From: an uncultured virus (IMG/VR IMGVR_UViG_3300025133_000035) | Taxonomy: Duplodnaviria > Heunggongvirae > Uroviricota > Caudoviricetes | Reading direction: 5' to 3' (one strand) | Virus record (IMG/VR): IMGVR_UViG_3300025133_000035 | Length of the DNA stretch: 64,000 nucleotides | In this document: positions 28,904-38,938 of the stretch, piece by piece | Layout of the letters: the number at the start of each line of letters is the position of its first letter | Numbering within the stretch: position 1 is the stretch's first letter | Program-made: the position numbers and the translations under genes | The notes under the pieces: model-generated | What the model was told of the DNA's origin: nothing | What the model saw: the letters and a program-made list of their open reading frames with translations, nothing else | The model's database searches: none

Positions 28904-29194
28904 ATGGCTTTACTTTTCTATCATGTTTATGGCACCGGTCATGACCCGTACACTATTGAATCGGTTAAGCACGTAGATAAGTCAGGCTACGAATATGCAT
29001 TAACCTTTATGGATAAGAGCCCAGAGATGCAAGTCTTTGTTGGTAAGAAATATCGTTGGCCAACTTTGCCTTTGATCGTGAAGTGCGATATCAATGGCGA
29101 CGAAGAGGTAATCGGTGGTTTCGATGATTTGAGATTACATTTGGGAATGGATGACGAAGATGACTGCCGCGACTGTCAAAAAAACAAAAAGTGA
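28904..29194 (+). CDS. Glutaredoxin-like protein lacking the CxxC site
   Basis: YGTGHDPYT in place of C-P-Y-C; WPTLPLI cis-Pro loop; IGGFDDL. Confidence 0.65.
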   Translation: MALLFYHVYGTGHDPYTIESVKHVDKSGYEYALTFMDKSPEMQVFVGKKYRWPTLPLIVKCDINGDEEVIGGFDDLRLHLGMDDEDDCRDCQKNKK

Positions 29195-29627
29195 AAACCT
29201 TTATCGAGAATACATCGAGAGGATCCGAGCTTTCTTAGAGATAGAATATGATATGTCGGTTGTCTTTGAACGCGACGGAGAAACTGCGCTGTTTCATGAT
29301 CGCCGCGGCATTGTCCCCGGAGACTTCATAATCATCAATAACCGTGTAAAGCTTCAGAAGCAGTTATACATGCTGCTACATGAGGTGGGGCATGTCATGT
29401 TGCGCGAATCAGAGATCCATCATGAGCGCCGGTTTCCGGCTGCGGTTCTGGGCAGTCGACGCCCTTCAAGGGCTCACAAGATTGATACTTTGCGTGAAGA
29501 AGTGTTGGCATGGGAGAAGGGCTTAGAGGTTGCAGCAGATTTTCAAATCCCTGTCGATGACAGGTTGTGGCATTCGATGGTTACGAGTGCTCTGTATAAA
29601 TATCTAGAATGGAGCATGCGTGCCTAG
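29151..29627 (+). CDS. ImmA/IrrE-like HExxH metallopeptidase
   Basis: LLHEVGH...EEVLAW. Confidence 0.7.
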   Translation: MTKMTAATVKKTKSENLYREYIERIRAFLEIEYDMSVVFERDGETALFHDRRGIVPGDFIIINNRVKLQKQLYMLLHEVGHVMLRESEIHHERRFPAAVLGSRRPSRAHKIDTLREEVLAWEKGLEVAADFQIPVDDRLWHSMVTSALYKYLEWSMRA

Positions 29628-29976
29628 TCTTTCAATTAACTATTTTTACGGTCTTTGTTTCTTTATTCTGGGGCATGTTTGCGCATGGTTTCAGCTTAAC
29701 TCTCAGTTTGCATGGGAGTGGTGGGAAGACAAACCTTTACTGGCGGTCAGCATCTACTCTATCCCTGTGGGGTTGAGCTTCTGGATGGCTACACGTTATA
29801 TATTTGAGGAAACAGGAGAGGTATGGTCCGCCCGGTTCATGGGCTTCGCTGCATCGTACCTTGTGTTCCCGCTGCTTACGTGGCTCTTGCTAAGCGAGAG
29901 CATGTTCACAACTAAGACGATGATTTGCATCGCCTTGTCATTCTGCATCATGGGCGTGCAGCTATTCTGGAGATAA
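29620..29976 (+). CDS. Four-TM small membrane protein (SMR/DMT-like architecture)
   Basis: Four hydrophobic segments in 118 aa. Confidence 0.6.
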   Translation: MPSLSINYFYGLCFFILGHVCAWFQLNSQFAWEWWEDKPLLAVSIYSIPVGLSFWMATRYIFEETGEVWSARFMGFAASYLVFPLLTWLLLSESMFTTKTMICIALSFCIMGVQLFWR

Positions 29977-29977
29977 A

Positions 29978-30184
29978 ATGAATACTAGAGAAATGTGGGA
30001 GAACCAAGTAGAGTTACTAACGCGCCACTGCCAGAAGCTTACGCTGCAGGTAGACGAGTTAGAAGGCAGGCTGCACTACTTTGAGGGTGTCGTGGCTACT
30101 CTGCTCATCGCCTTGAAAGAGGGTGGAGTACTGGTAGACAACCCAGACGATGAGCCGGACACCCCGTCCTATGAGTTCCAGTAA
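29978..30184 (+). CDS. Hypothetical coiled-coil protein
   Basis: SD GGAG; heptad pattern. Confidence 0.55.
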   Translation: MNTREMWENQVELLTRHCQKLTLQVDELEGRLHYFEGVVATLLIALKEGGVLVDNPDDEPDTPSYEFQ

Positions 30185-30548
30185 GATGAGAGTCGAGAAG
30201 CCATGGGGCTACGAAGATCGGTGGGCAATCACCGATAAATACCTCGGAAAGATTTTATACATCAAGGCTGGGCACAGACTTTCTTTGCAGTACCATGAAC
30301 AAAAAGACGAGACAATCTACGTCCTCGAAGGATCTTTATTGTTGGAAATGGGTCCACGCTACGACAGTATGGGCACAGAAACCGGCATCAAGATGGTCAT
30401 GAAAAAAGGAGAGAGTCAGCGCATCCATCCCGGGCTAATTCATCGTTATTGCGCAGATAAAGAAGACGTAGTACTAATTGAAGTAAGCACGGCAGAGATT
30501 AACGATGTCGTACGTCTCCAAGACGATTACAAACGAGGAAATCATTAA
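30171..30548 (+). CDS. Cupin, type II mannose-6-phosphate isomerase C-terminal-like
   Basis: VEKPWG, LSLQYH..KDE, G..HR, IEVS...DVVRLQDDY.R. Confidence 0.8.
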   Translation: MSSSKMRVEKPWGYEDRWAITDKYLGKILYIKAGHRLSLQYHEQKDETIYVLEGSLLLEMGPRYDSMGTETGIKMVMKKGESQRIHPGLIHRYCADKEDVVLIEVSTAEINDVVRLQDDYKRGNH

Positions 30549-30550
30549 CC

Positions 30551-31288
30551 TTGCGCACGATATACATGTTCGATGTTGACGGCACCCTGACGCCGGCAAA
30601 GCAGAAGATTGTGAAATCTTTCGCGAAGCAGTTTGCGGAGTGGTCAAATGACAAAGAGGTTTATCTTATTTCTGGTGGTAGTTTCGTCCGAATCTGTGGG
30701 CAGATTACTCCGTCCCTGCTGGACAACATGACTGCTGTGTACGCATGCATGGGCAACGCCGGCTACATAAGGAAGAAGGACGAATCCCGAGCGTGGATTA
30801 AGCGCTACGAGCACACTTTCGAGCCCCCCGCTGGTCTCATCGAGGCGCTTGAGATTGTTGCAAGGGACTCTCCGCACATAGAAAAGAAGCCTCCCCACTG
30901 GGAGGTTCGTTCTGGCATGCTGAACTTCTCTGTCGTTGGACAGAAGGCATCGAAAGCTCATAGAAAGGCGTACGCCTCCTACGACGCCGAACATCTCGAA
31001 AGAGAGACAATCGTAAAAAAACTGCGCCCAATGTTTCCTGAAATTGACTTTGTTATCGGCGGCGCAGTGAGTTTAGACATTTTCGAGAAAGGAAGAGACA
31101 AGTCTCAAGTAATCCGAGAACATTTTAAAGATCTATCAAAGGATGTTATACTACACTTTGTAGGAGATCGGGTGGAACACCCGGGCAATGATTACGCAAT
31201 TGCGCAACTGGTGCTAGAGCACCCAAACGGACATGTCCACAGCGTAAAGTCTTGGAAAGACACAGCCGAGCTTCTAAAAAGCATTTAA
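30551..31288 (+). CDS. Eukaryote-type phosphomannomutase (HAD-IIB)
   Basis: FDVDGTLTP, EVRSGMLNFSVVG, IGGAVSLDIF..G.DK, HFVGD...GNDYAI. Confidence 0.82.
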   Translation: MRTIYMFDVDGTLTPAKQKIVKSFAKQFAEWSNDKEVYLISGGSFVRICGQITPSLLDNMTAVYACMGNAGYIRKKDESRAWIKRYEHTFEPPAGLIEALEIVARDSPHIEKKPPHWEVRSGMLNFSVVGQKASKAHRKAYASYDAEHLERETIVKKLRPMFPEIDFVIGGAVSLDIFEKGRDKSQVIREHFKDLSKDVILHFVGDRVEHPGNDYAIAQLVLEHPNGHVHSVKSWKDTAELLKSI

Positions 31289-31311
31289 CCGTTTAACAAA
31301 CTATTTATTAC

Positions 31312-31689
31312 ATGAATTCGCAAAGAGCAATTGACCTGTGGTTTGGACTTCTCAAAGAGGCAGACTCAAAAGACCCTGCATATATCCAGCGGAACTACGA
31401 GGTGGAAGTTGACGTACGCATCAGCAAGCTCAAGGGCGGCAACAAGGAACAGACCTTAGATGACATTCGCTCAATTGAGCGTGTCACCACAGTTACTGAC
31501 CCTGCCCGGGCTGGACATACTAGCAGGGCGCGCGCCACGGACCAGTACTGGTTTAACCGATACGTCGTTAAATTCGAGCTAAACAATAACCTTCCACCGA
31601 AATATTGGGTCAGGAGATACTTGACGAAAGATTTGGCTAAGATCAAAGGACTAAGCGTTGTTCGCTATGGTCACCCCGTCGAGGTTTGA
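31312..31689 (+). CDS. Hypothetical protein with N-terminal tag
   Basis: IDLWFGLLKEA; CTATTTA 4 nt before ATG. Confidence 0.65.
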   Translation: MNSQRAIDLWFGLLKEADSKDPAYIQRNYEVEVDVRISKLKGGNKEQTLDDIRSIERVTTVTDPARAGHTSRARATDQYWFNRYVVKFELNNNLPPKYWVRRYLTKDLAKIKGLSVVRYGHPVEV

Positions 31690-31937
31690 TCATGGTTGGC
31701 TCTTTGTTACAGATGGGCAGCACAAAACACATTATTATCGATGTTTTCTGGGTAGGTTTTGAGCCACAGACGCGCGATATGCAAAAGGAATATTATTATG
31801 AGATTTTTTCAATGGGGAACAAAAATGACAAGAAACGTCATGCGATCAATATACGAGACTTCGAAGAAAGTCTGGCGAGCGGGAACATCACGATCCTCTC
31901 TTCGCCGACACAATCACGAACTAAGATATCAGGTTGA
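31686..31937 (+). CDS. Hypothetical protein (KOW-like start)
   Basis: IMVGSLL; SD GAGG. Confidence 0.45.
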   Translation: MIMVGSLLQMGSTKHIIIDVFWVGFEPQTRDMQKEYYYEIFSMGNKNDKKRHAINIRDFEESLASGNITILSSPTQSRTKISG

Positions 31938-32118
31938 AGCTCTAAGGGGTCTCAACAAGAATCTTCAGACCACCTTAGAAGAAGTCAAAGATGAAAACCT
32001 TTTATTGTGGCAACACATGGAAGAGATGAAAGCCTCTGAACGTGCAATCATGCAGTCGATTACAGACGAACTTCAAGACAACCTTATCCGCACGCTTGAA
32101 CCTGTTGGAGACGCGTAA
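31825..32118 (+). CDS. Coiled-coil hypothetical protein (start uncertain)
   Basis: Heptad pattern; its stop overlaps the next ATG. Confidence 0.45.
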   Translation: MTRNVMRSIYETSKKVWRAGTSRSSLRRHNHELRYQVEALRGLNKNLQTTLEEVKDENLLLWQHMEEMKASERAIMQSITDELQDNLIRTLEPVGDA

Positions 32119-32474
32119 TGTCTTTGGAAGAAACGGAAAGCACGGAAGTCGCCGAGCCAACCCCCAGCGAACAAGCTGAGACAACAGCCGAAGATCTTAA
32201 GCCGAAGCCGCCCCCTAAGATGGCGCCCCGCGGCATCCGTACGTTTACGGTCTGCCGACAAAGCGATGAATCAGGAGTCTCCGGCGAAGGTGTGGTCATC
32301 GAAGGTTGCGAGTTAGCCTCTGGGCACTGCATCATTCACTGGCTCTATCCTCCGCCACGCGGCGGCATCGCTATCTTCGATTCGCTTGGTGACTTCTTAA
32401 AGGTTCATGTCGAGCCCCACCCTTCCAACAAAACCATCATCACGTTTGAGGATGGCGAGCAGAATACATACTAA
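32118..32474 (+). CDS. Hypothetical phage protein
   Basis: RTF...DESGVSGEGVVIEG motif; SD GGAG. Confidence 0.65.
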   Translation: MSLEETESTEVAEPTPSEQAETTAEDLKPKPPPKMAPRGIRTFTVCRQSDESGVSGEGVVIEGCELASGHCIIHWLYPPPRGGIAIFDSLGDFLKVHVEPHPSNKTIITFEDGEQNTY

Positions 32475-32484
32475 TTATAGAGGG

Positions 32485-35400
32485 ATGACAATGGATTATA
32501 AAACTATAGCAGAGAACTGGAAGAAGTTCACACAGCAAGCGAAGCCTCTGGCTCTCACCGAGCGCCGAGACATTATGAATGAAGTCTCAAAGAGCGTTGC
32601 TGATAAGATCTATGATTGGATGCGTGAGATGGACCCGTATGGTGATTACGAGTATGATTTCAATGAAATCTTTGGCGAGAACATGCGCGTCACTTTCCCG
32701 ATGGACAGTGCCGACACTCGCATGCTCAAAGCAATCCTGCGAGCAGTCAAACAAGATGGCTGGTTGCCTCCGATCTCTGACAGTGCCCGCGAACGTCAGC
32801 GGAGCATTTACAGCTACGAAAAGAGCCAAGAAACCGGGAGCACCTACAACCCCGATGGCGGCGAGTGGGAGCCAACCAAAGAAGAGTGGAAGGCATGGGA
32901 AGCCTCAGATGCACCCGAGCGTGGGTTCCCCACAAAGAAGGTAAAGCAGAAGCGACAGCGCCTTGCTGCTGACGGCGGCGGCGAGTACGAAGTAGAGATT
33001 GACGTAGCCGACCTTGGGCTAGAGCGCCGAGTCGAGCAAGTGATCCCGAAAGGACCGAGAGCAGGCGAGAAGATTACTAAGGTTCAGAAGCAGGGAATCA
33101 ATAAAGTCATTGGCGGTCTTGAGAACAAGGGCAAGCTTCCCGAAGGTGCAGCGCAGTGGTGGGCTAAGAATCAGACACACTACACGAAAGACAACAACCA
33201 CAAGAAACTCCAGCAAGGGTTGACCAGTGAAGACAAAGCAGAGAACATGCACGTCATCCTGTCACGCCACCCCATCGACGTACTACGCATGAGCGACATT
33301 AGCAACATTCACTCATGCCACAGCGAGGGCAGTGAGTATTTTCATTGCGCCATCCAAGAGGCGAAAGGTCACGGTCCTATCGCATACGCAGTCACAGAGG
33401 CAGAACTTAATAAACTTCTGAAACCCTCTGAGGAAAGAGAACGACCGATTGCGAAACTCGACAGGATGTATCAGGAGCTAGGACAAGCTGAGAGAATCAC
33501 AGCTATCCGTCAGGACTACGACACCGAGACACCCGAGGGTGCGTTGATGTTGTTGTGGGTGTGGGCTAGGACCAACACCGGCACAAAGTGGTGGAACGGA
33601 ATGGAGAAGAAGGTTGAGATGGCAGCGAAGCCTGAGAAGTTTAAAGAAGTTATGCTGCTCGCTCAAGCCAAGGCTCTCAACATCAACCCTCTGTTGTTCA
33701 AGCAGTACGTTAAGAACTATGAAGATTGGGAGAGCAGACGCCCCGGCGCGGGAGATTTCGAGCCATGGAAAGAGATCACATCAGAAGAAGAATACAAAGC
33801 TGCACTTGAGAAGCACAGCCAAGAAGCCACCCGAGCGCCAGACCCGAAAGACATTGGCGACCTTGACGATGAAGAGATCTTCAGAGACAGCGACCGTTCC
33901 ATTGACGGCATCGGCGTAAAGTCTCGCGTTCGACTCAGAAAGTACGTTGATGATCCCAACAGCCTAACCTTCGCTGCTCCCGAGAGCAGAACGTACGGCA
34001 GAGGCACACCCGGTTTTGTCGGCGCAGTCAGAGAGTTTGTATGGGAGAAGCAGAAGGGTATGTTTGCTCAAGAGTTGGGAGACACTGACCCCGAGACTGG
34101 CAAGGGCGAGGCAACCACGTATTTTATACCACAGTTGGACTACCTCACACGCCACGGCGGTAGCTACGGCGACACCCGTGATGGCGAGATCCTTAGCATG
34201 TTCTTTAGACCGGGCAGAGGCGAGGGCTTGGATGACCCGTACCCTTTCGGCGCTAGCGTACACCATGATGCCGAGGGCGAGGAAGAAGATCAGTACGAAC
34301 AAATGGCAGAGGAATATAACAATGCCGTTGACGATCTGAACGACCAAGCCAACAACGAGTTGGAACACGCATCCTTCAGCGCATATGTTAATGACGATGA
34401 TTGGGATCAGGAGCCCTCCGTTTGGGCAGACGGCACGCTGACTCTAAAAATCCCGCTTGGCTGGGGCGACGATGGTGAGGGCAACGATGTTCATCCGACA
34501 TATGACATACCCTCATTTGTAGCCGATGTTGATCTCAGCCGCGACTTTGAGAACCGCCTCCTCGACCTCCCCAGCGAGTACCCAGAAGAGATCGACTGGA
34601 ACCACACAGAAGAAGGGCTGGAGATCACTTACATCTTTAGGTGCGAGGATTGCAACAACCCCGACGATGCCGACTACTTCTTGGATTACATGCGAGAGCT
34701 AGACGGCAAGTACGACCGGTTCTACGAGATTATCAGAAAGAGGCTGGTTGAGGAAGGTTACGCAAATGCTAGCGCATGGGACAACACCAATAGCGAGATT
34801 GAAGACTTTGAAGAAAGACTCAAGAACTTTAATATCATTGGAGATGACGATGATGACGATCCATCAGGCGAGATCTGGTTTAACCTAGGCGTAGGACACC
34901 ACAACGCAGACCCAGAGGTGCCGCTAAACATTAACCTTCCCAAGCAGAAGTTGTACTGGTTGACCAAGCACTCAAACTTTAACTATGCATCCATCAGCCG
35001 CGAGTTAATGCACGACAACAGATTCAATGATGTGATAGCCCGAGGAATCGCAGGCAGAAAAGAGCGCAACGTGGTCTGGGTCGGACCTGACACTAACTCA
35101 TCCTTTGCTCGCTTCTTTGCGGAGAAACTAAAGAAGCTGGAAGCTGCAGCGAATAACTATTCAGAGAAGCAGATCGATCTTCCGTTCGGAGACAAGTACT
35201 CAAGACCAGCATACGAGGGCGTAGACCTCGCCAAGGACGTGCAGATTGGCTTGAAGTTTGGCGATGCCGAGCACCGTGAAGCATCAGAGGTGCCAATCTA
35301 TCTTAGGTTCAGGATCGTAGCTACTAGCAAAGACTCCAAGGAAGAGTTGGCTGGCGCGTTCCACTTTGTTGAGTTTGTGGACGAACACATGGATATGATT

Positions 35401-36303
35401 CTACAAGCAGCGAAGGAGGTGACACAAGAGTTTATTATTGAACCCAACCTTGAAATCGCAGCAGAGTTGGAGAAAGAATATCTTAGTGGCAACATAGCTA
35501 TGGAGTTGAGCAAGAAGGTTCTAGCCACGTTTACCTACGAGACAAGAGACAATGCAACGATGAAACACAACAAAGCCTTCGTTGAGTGGTGGTCATCCGG
35601 TAACACTTGGAGCGACATGAGCGTGTACGAGAAAGAGGTCGTGGTCGAGAAATACTTGCGTGGATTGAGCAACGGACGATATATGGAGTGGGACAAACAG
35701 AAGAATCTGCCCCCGGCGTGGGAGCGAAACGTAAGAGCGTGGATGACCAGTGCAGGCGTAGCAGGCGCAATCATCAACAAGGTAGATTTCGAGCGTCACG
35801 CCAAGCCCGAGGTTACAGAAAAGTTCTGGGGGACGAAAGAAGAGAGAGATCAAGAGAGGCTTGAGGCTGAGTTGAAGCTAGCCAAGAGTCGCTGGAGAGC
35901 GAACCACGGCGAAGACCCTTCCGAAGAAGAGGTTGCAGCATGGCGCAAAGAGATTATGAACCAGCTAGGCATGGGTGACGCAGCACCACTAGGCACCGAC
36001 GCCAGAGGATCCCGAGATGCGGGAGCCGCAGCAGCGATGGGCATTACTCCTCAAGAAGCTGAAAATCTGCGAATCCGGCTGGCTGCTATTGAGGAGTTGA
36101 CGGCAGCATTTGGTGGTCGCAAGCCTACCGAAGAAGAGATTGAGGATCTGCTGCGAAGGCGAAGGGACAGAACCCTTCGCGGCACACTTGGCGCGCCGGT
36201 TCCGGCAGGCAGCGTACGCGAGCGAGTAGCATACCTAAAGAAACACTTGACAGAAGTAAAATTACGTGCTAAGATAAGAAGGATTATTAAAGAAGCGGAG
36301 TAA
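32485..36303 (+). CDS. Large (~1270 aa) acidic protein, candidate virion internal protein
   Basis: Start after CTAATTA and SD GAGGG; N-terminal AENWKKF...LTE; SRHPIDVLRMSD...SCH core; C-terminal LTEVKLRAKIRRIIKE. Confidence 0.75.
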   Translation: MTMDYKTIAENWKKFTQQAKPLALTERRDIMNEVSKSVADKIYDWMREMDPYGDYEYDFNEIFGENMRVTFPMDSADTRMLKAILRAVKQDGWLPPISDSARERQRSIYSYEKSQETGSTYNPDGGEWEPTKEEWKAWEASDAPERGFPTKKVKQKRQRLAADGGGEYEVEIDVADLGLERRVEQVIPKGPRAGEKITKVQKQGINKVIGGLENKGKLPEGAAQWWAKNQTHYTKDNNHKKLQQGLTSEDKAENMHVILSRHPIDVLRMSDISNIHSCHSEGSEYFHCAIQEAKGHGPIAYAVTEAELNKLLKPSEERERPIAKLDRMYQELGQAERITAIRQDYDTETPEGALMLLWVWARTNTGTKWWNGMEKKVEMAAKPEKFKEVMLLAQAKALNINPLLFKQYVKNYEDWESRRPGAGDFEPWKEITSEEEYKAALEKHSQEATRAPDPKDIGDLDDEEIFRDSDRSIDGIGVKSRVRLRKYVDDPNSLTFAAPESRTYGRGTPGFVGAVREFVWEKQKGMFAQELGDTDPETGKGEATTYFIPQLDYLTRHGGSYGDTRDGEILSMFFRPGRGEGLDDPYPFGASVHHDAEGEEEDQYEQMAEEYNNAVDDLNDQANNELEHASFSAYVNDDDWDQEPSVWADGTLTLKIPLGWGDDGEGNDVHPTYDIPSFVADVDLSRDFENRLLDLPSEYPEEIDWNHTEEGLEITYIFRCEDCNNPDDADYFLDYMRELDGKYDRFYEIIRKRLVEEGYANASAWDNTNSEIEDFEERLKNFNIIGDDDDDDPSGEIWFNLGVGHHNADPEVPLNINLPKQKLYWLTKHSNFNYASISRELMHDNRFNDVIARGIAGRKERNVVWVGPDTNSSFARFFAEKLKKLEAAANNYSEKQIDLPFGDKYSRPAYEGVDLAKDVQIGLKFGDAEHREASEVPIYLRFRIVATSKDSKEELAGAFHFVEFVDEHMDMILQAAKEVTQEFIIEPNLEIAAELEKEYLSGNIAMELSKKVLATFTYETRDNATMKHNKAFVEWWSSGNTWSDMSVYEKEVVVEKYLRGLSNGRYMEWDKQKNLPPAWERNVRAWMTSAGVAGAIINKVDFERHAKPEVTEKFWGTKEERDQERLEAELKLAKSRWRANHGEDPSEEEVAAWRKEIMNQLGMGDAAPLGTDARGSRDAGAAAAMGITPQEAENLRIRLAAIEELTAAFGGRKPTEEEIEDLLRRRRDRTLRGTLGAPVPAGSVRERVAYLKKHLTEVKLRAKIRRIIKEAE

Positions 36304-36306
36304 ATT

Positions 36307-37101
36307 ATGAAGAAACATCTCGACACATGGAACCATTACCTTAATGAATCCAAACTACGGGTATTCGACTTCGACGATACTCTAGCCGTAACCGACGCTG
36401 ATGTTGCGGTGACCCGATCAGACGGCAGCATATTTAAGCTGTCGCCAGCCGAGTACGCAGTGTACGAGCCTATTGCCGAGTTTAATCCAGCAACAGGAGA
36501 GTACATAAACAGCGATGACGAAGTGTTCGACTTCAGTGAATTTGATCGCCTCATCAACCCACGCCAGATCGAGCAGGTTGCTCGCATCATGCAGAAGGTT
36601 GTGGATGCAGAGCTTCGCGACGGCGCCGGCAGAAAGATTGCGATCTTGACCGCCCGTGCCCCAACCGCAGCCGGAGAGATTATGGATTTTATAAAGAATG
36701 TTCTACACATTGACGCGAGCATGTTTGATATGGTGGCTCTGGGAACAAGCGATCCCCAAGCGAAGAAAGCGTGGATTGAGGCTCAGATTAATAACCTTGG
36801 GATGATGGACGTTTTGTTTTTCGATGACTCGCCAAAGAATATCGCGGCAGTCGACGAGCTAAAGGCAGAGTACCCGCAGGTTAATGTTATCACCCGTCTG
36901 GTAAACTATGGCGAGGGTATGGAAGAGAATAAAGAACCAGACCTAGACCATGGCGAGTTTCAAACGAGGATGAGGAGAGAACACCCTCGAAACAAATCAG
37001 ACCTGATCGCCAAAGGTGGAAACACAGACACTGGCGGCGGCAAGGGACACAAGAAGCCCAAGATGAAGCGCAGCAAATCGTCACCCCCCGGCGGTGTGTA
37101 A
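36307..37101 (+). CDS. HAD-superfamily phosphatase with N-terminal tag
   Basis: VFDFDDTL, ILTAR, K, FFDDSPKN; N-terminus DTWNHYLNES. Confidence 0.8.
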   Translation: MKKHLDTWNHYLNESKLRVFDFDDTLAVTDADVAVTRSDGSIFKLSPAEYAVYEPIAEFNPATGEYINSDDEVFDFSEFDRLINPRQIEQVARIMQKVVDAELRDGAGRKIAILTARAPTAAGEIMDFIKNVLHIDASMFDMVALGTSDPQAKKAWIEAQINNLGMMDVLFFDDSPKNIAAVDELKAEYPQVNVITRLVNYGEGMEENKEPDLDHGEFQTRMRREHPRNKSDLIAKGGNTDTGGGKGHKKPKMKRSKSSPPGGV

Positions 37102-37349
37102 TGCCCAAGACACCAAAGAGCACTATCGGACAGACGATTACTATATTAGAGATATACCCCGAAGATATAGCTAACACGCTATTACCCGGCGACATTGATC
37201 TGCTAAAAGAAAAGTACGGCGATGCTCCATGTCAATACGAAGTCCGTTATCCGTGGAAAGATCAAATGCACTACACATGGTTTGTTGATGACGTCTATGA
37301 AAAGTATTCTAAAACTCACAAGATTGACCAAAGAAAACGTTATGGGTGA
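37101..37349 (+). CDS. Hypothetical protein
   Basis: TAATG overlap with the upstream gene. Confidence 0.5.
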   Translation: MPKTPKSTIGQTITILEIYPEDIANTLLPGDIDLLKEKYGDAPCQYEVRYPWKDQMHYTWFVDDVYEKYSKTHKIDQRKRYG

Positions 37350-37397
37350 AGAATCCTTTAGAAACTACTTAGTGTACGTTAGCTAAATGAGAAGGAT

Positions 37398-38066
37398 ATG
37401 AGTAGTGCTAGAAAATCAGTAGTATGTAGTTATTGCCACACTCGCGGTCATAATCGACAGACGTGCCCCCAACTTGGCGCTGACCTGAGACGCATTGAAG
37501 AACAACATGGCGCCGATCATCCGGCAGTTGTGAAATATAGGGCTAGCCGCGCTTCGATATCACGAAGTGCATCGAAGCGAGCCAAGATGCCACGAAGTTG
37601 TACATATTGTCACACTCTCGGTCACAATAGGAGGACATGCGCTGTCCTTCGGGCAGACAAGGAGCTAGCGATAGCAAAAAACAGTGCTTGGCGCCATGAA
37701 TACCGTGATCACATTAAAGGTTTGGGGCTTGGTGTCGGTGCTATGATTCGTATGCCTCGCCGCACACTGGCTCACCACACTTCTTCCAAGTCTGGCGACT
37801 TATGGATGGTCTTGGAACATGATTGGCGCCGTGCGAACTATATTAATGATGGAGAGCGCGGGGTCTTGCTACAACAAATTTCAAACGCCGGTCGCCGCAT
37901 GTGGCTTTCTGCCCATCCGGGTATTAAAGTGCCCACCCTTGCGATTACCGGATGGGAAGTTGTTTCACCTTCGTACGACTTGTGTGTTCCCGCCGATTGG
38001 AGCGATGGTGCCACGGGTATTGAGAGGCTATTTGATAACCACGACCAAGAGTCGAGGATAATATAA
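37398..38066 (+). CDS. Double zinc-knuckle protein (paralogue A)
   Basis: CSYCHTRGHNRQTC and CTYCHTLGHNRRTC. Confidence 0.8.
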   Translation: MSSARKSVVCSYCHTRGHNRQTCPQLGADLRRIEEQHGADHPAVVKYRASRASISRSASKRAKMPRSCTYCHTLGHNRRTCAVLRADKELAIAKNSAWRHEYRDHIKGLGLGVGAMIRMPRRTLAHHTSSKSGDLWMVLEHDWRRANYINDGERGVLLQQISNAGRRMWLSAHPGIKVPTLAITGWEVVSPSYDLCVPADWSDGATGIERLFDNHDQESRII

Positions 38067-38108
38067 ACTCCTCAGAAAGCTTTGCGCCAAAATTTTCTCC
38101 TTTTTGAT

Positions 38109-38137
38109 TGAATAAATCCAGACCCTGATACGTCTAA
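38109..38137 (+). promoter_or_regulatory. ECF-like promoter, copy 2
   Basis: TGAATAAA-N14-CGTCTAA. Confidence 0.75.
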
Positions 38138-38167
38138 GATAGTAGACACAGCAAAGGGAGCGACAGC

Positions 38168-38299
38168 ATGTCGAAATATAGCTACCTAAAAGAGTTACTA
38201 CGAGAAGCGTATCCGCTTTATAATCCTAAGTTAGCCGAGCAGGTAATGAAGCGCGTCAAGGAGATTCGTGACGCCGAGAAGGAAAAGAAATCTAGTTAG
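38168..38299 (+). CDS. 43-aa protein missed by the ORF track
   Basis: SD GGGAG; MSKYSYLKELLREAYP...; directly after promoter copy 2. Confidence 0.6.
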   Translation: MSKYSYLKELLREAYPLYNPKLAEQVMKRVKEIRDAEKEKKSS

Positions 38300-38302
38300 T
38301 AT

Positions 38303-38545
38303 GTGGAACTTAAGTTATATGCTGGCGATTTTGTGCGATGGGTTATCTCCTATGCTGTCTTTGCGGCAGATGAGGAAGGAAGGGCTTATCCATATGAGCC
38401 CGTGTATTGCTACGGATTAATCATCGAAGTAGCCAATGATGGATCGCCAAACGTTGTAGTTTATATTCCACGCTCGTCCGAATATCATATATTGGACACA
38501 ACCAAATATCAATTCGAAGTCTTATCAAGTGCTGAGAAGAAGTAG
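38303..38545 (+). CDS. KOW/SH3-like small protein
   Basis: LYAGDFVRW...YGLIIEV...FEVLS; CTAGTTA 4 nt before GTG. Confidence 0.6.
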   Translation: MELKLYAGDFVRWVISYAVFAADEEGRAYPYEPVYCYGLIIEVANDGSPNVVVYIPRSSEYHILDTTKYQFEVLSSAEKK

Positions 38546-38554
38546 AAAAGCCAA

Positions 38555-38938
38555 ATGAGTCAGAAAAACCTCTTGCAAATCGGTGACCTTGTGTGGTATA
38601 ATGTAGGTGGACGAGGATATGAGACTATGGGATTAGTAGTTGAGACTTCTGACCTGTGGCGATCTGCATCACCATGGGAATCAACACCGAAAAAATATTC
38701 GAACTGTATTCGTATTCAATGGATGCGCAAGGGCAAGCTTGTCCCGCGCCATCTAGCCTACCCGCTTTTTAAAACGTATTGGGCAGTAACGGATTATAAA
38801 TATCCTGATGGCAGCTTCGCGCCGGAAGGTACCTTCCCTGCCAGACGCATCGACAAGAGCGTCCTTCTCGCCGGCGATGACTGGTACGAAGGACAATTCT
38901 TTAAGGTTGTGGGCTCAGCCGACACAAGGCGGAAGTAA
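38555..38938 (+). CDS. KOW/SH3-like protein
   Basis: LQIGDLVWY...GLVVE...IQW. Confidence 0.6.
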   Translation: MSQKNLLQIGDLVWYNVGGRGYETMGLVVETSDLWRSASPWESTPKKYSNCIRIQWMRKGKLVPRHLAYPLFKTYWAVTDYKYPDGSFAPEGTFPARRIDKSVLLAGDDWYEGQFFKVVGSADTRRK

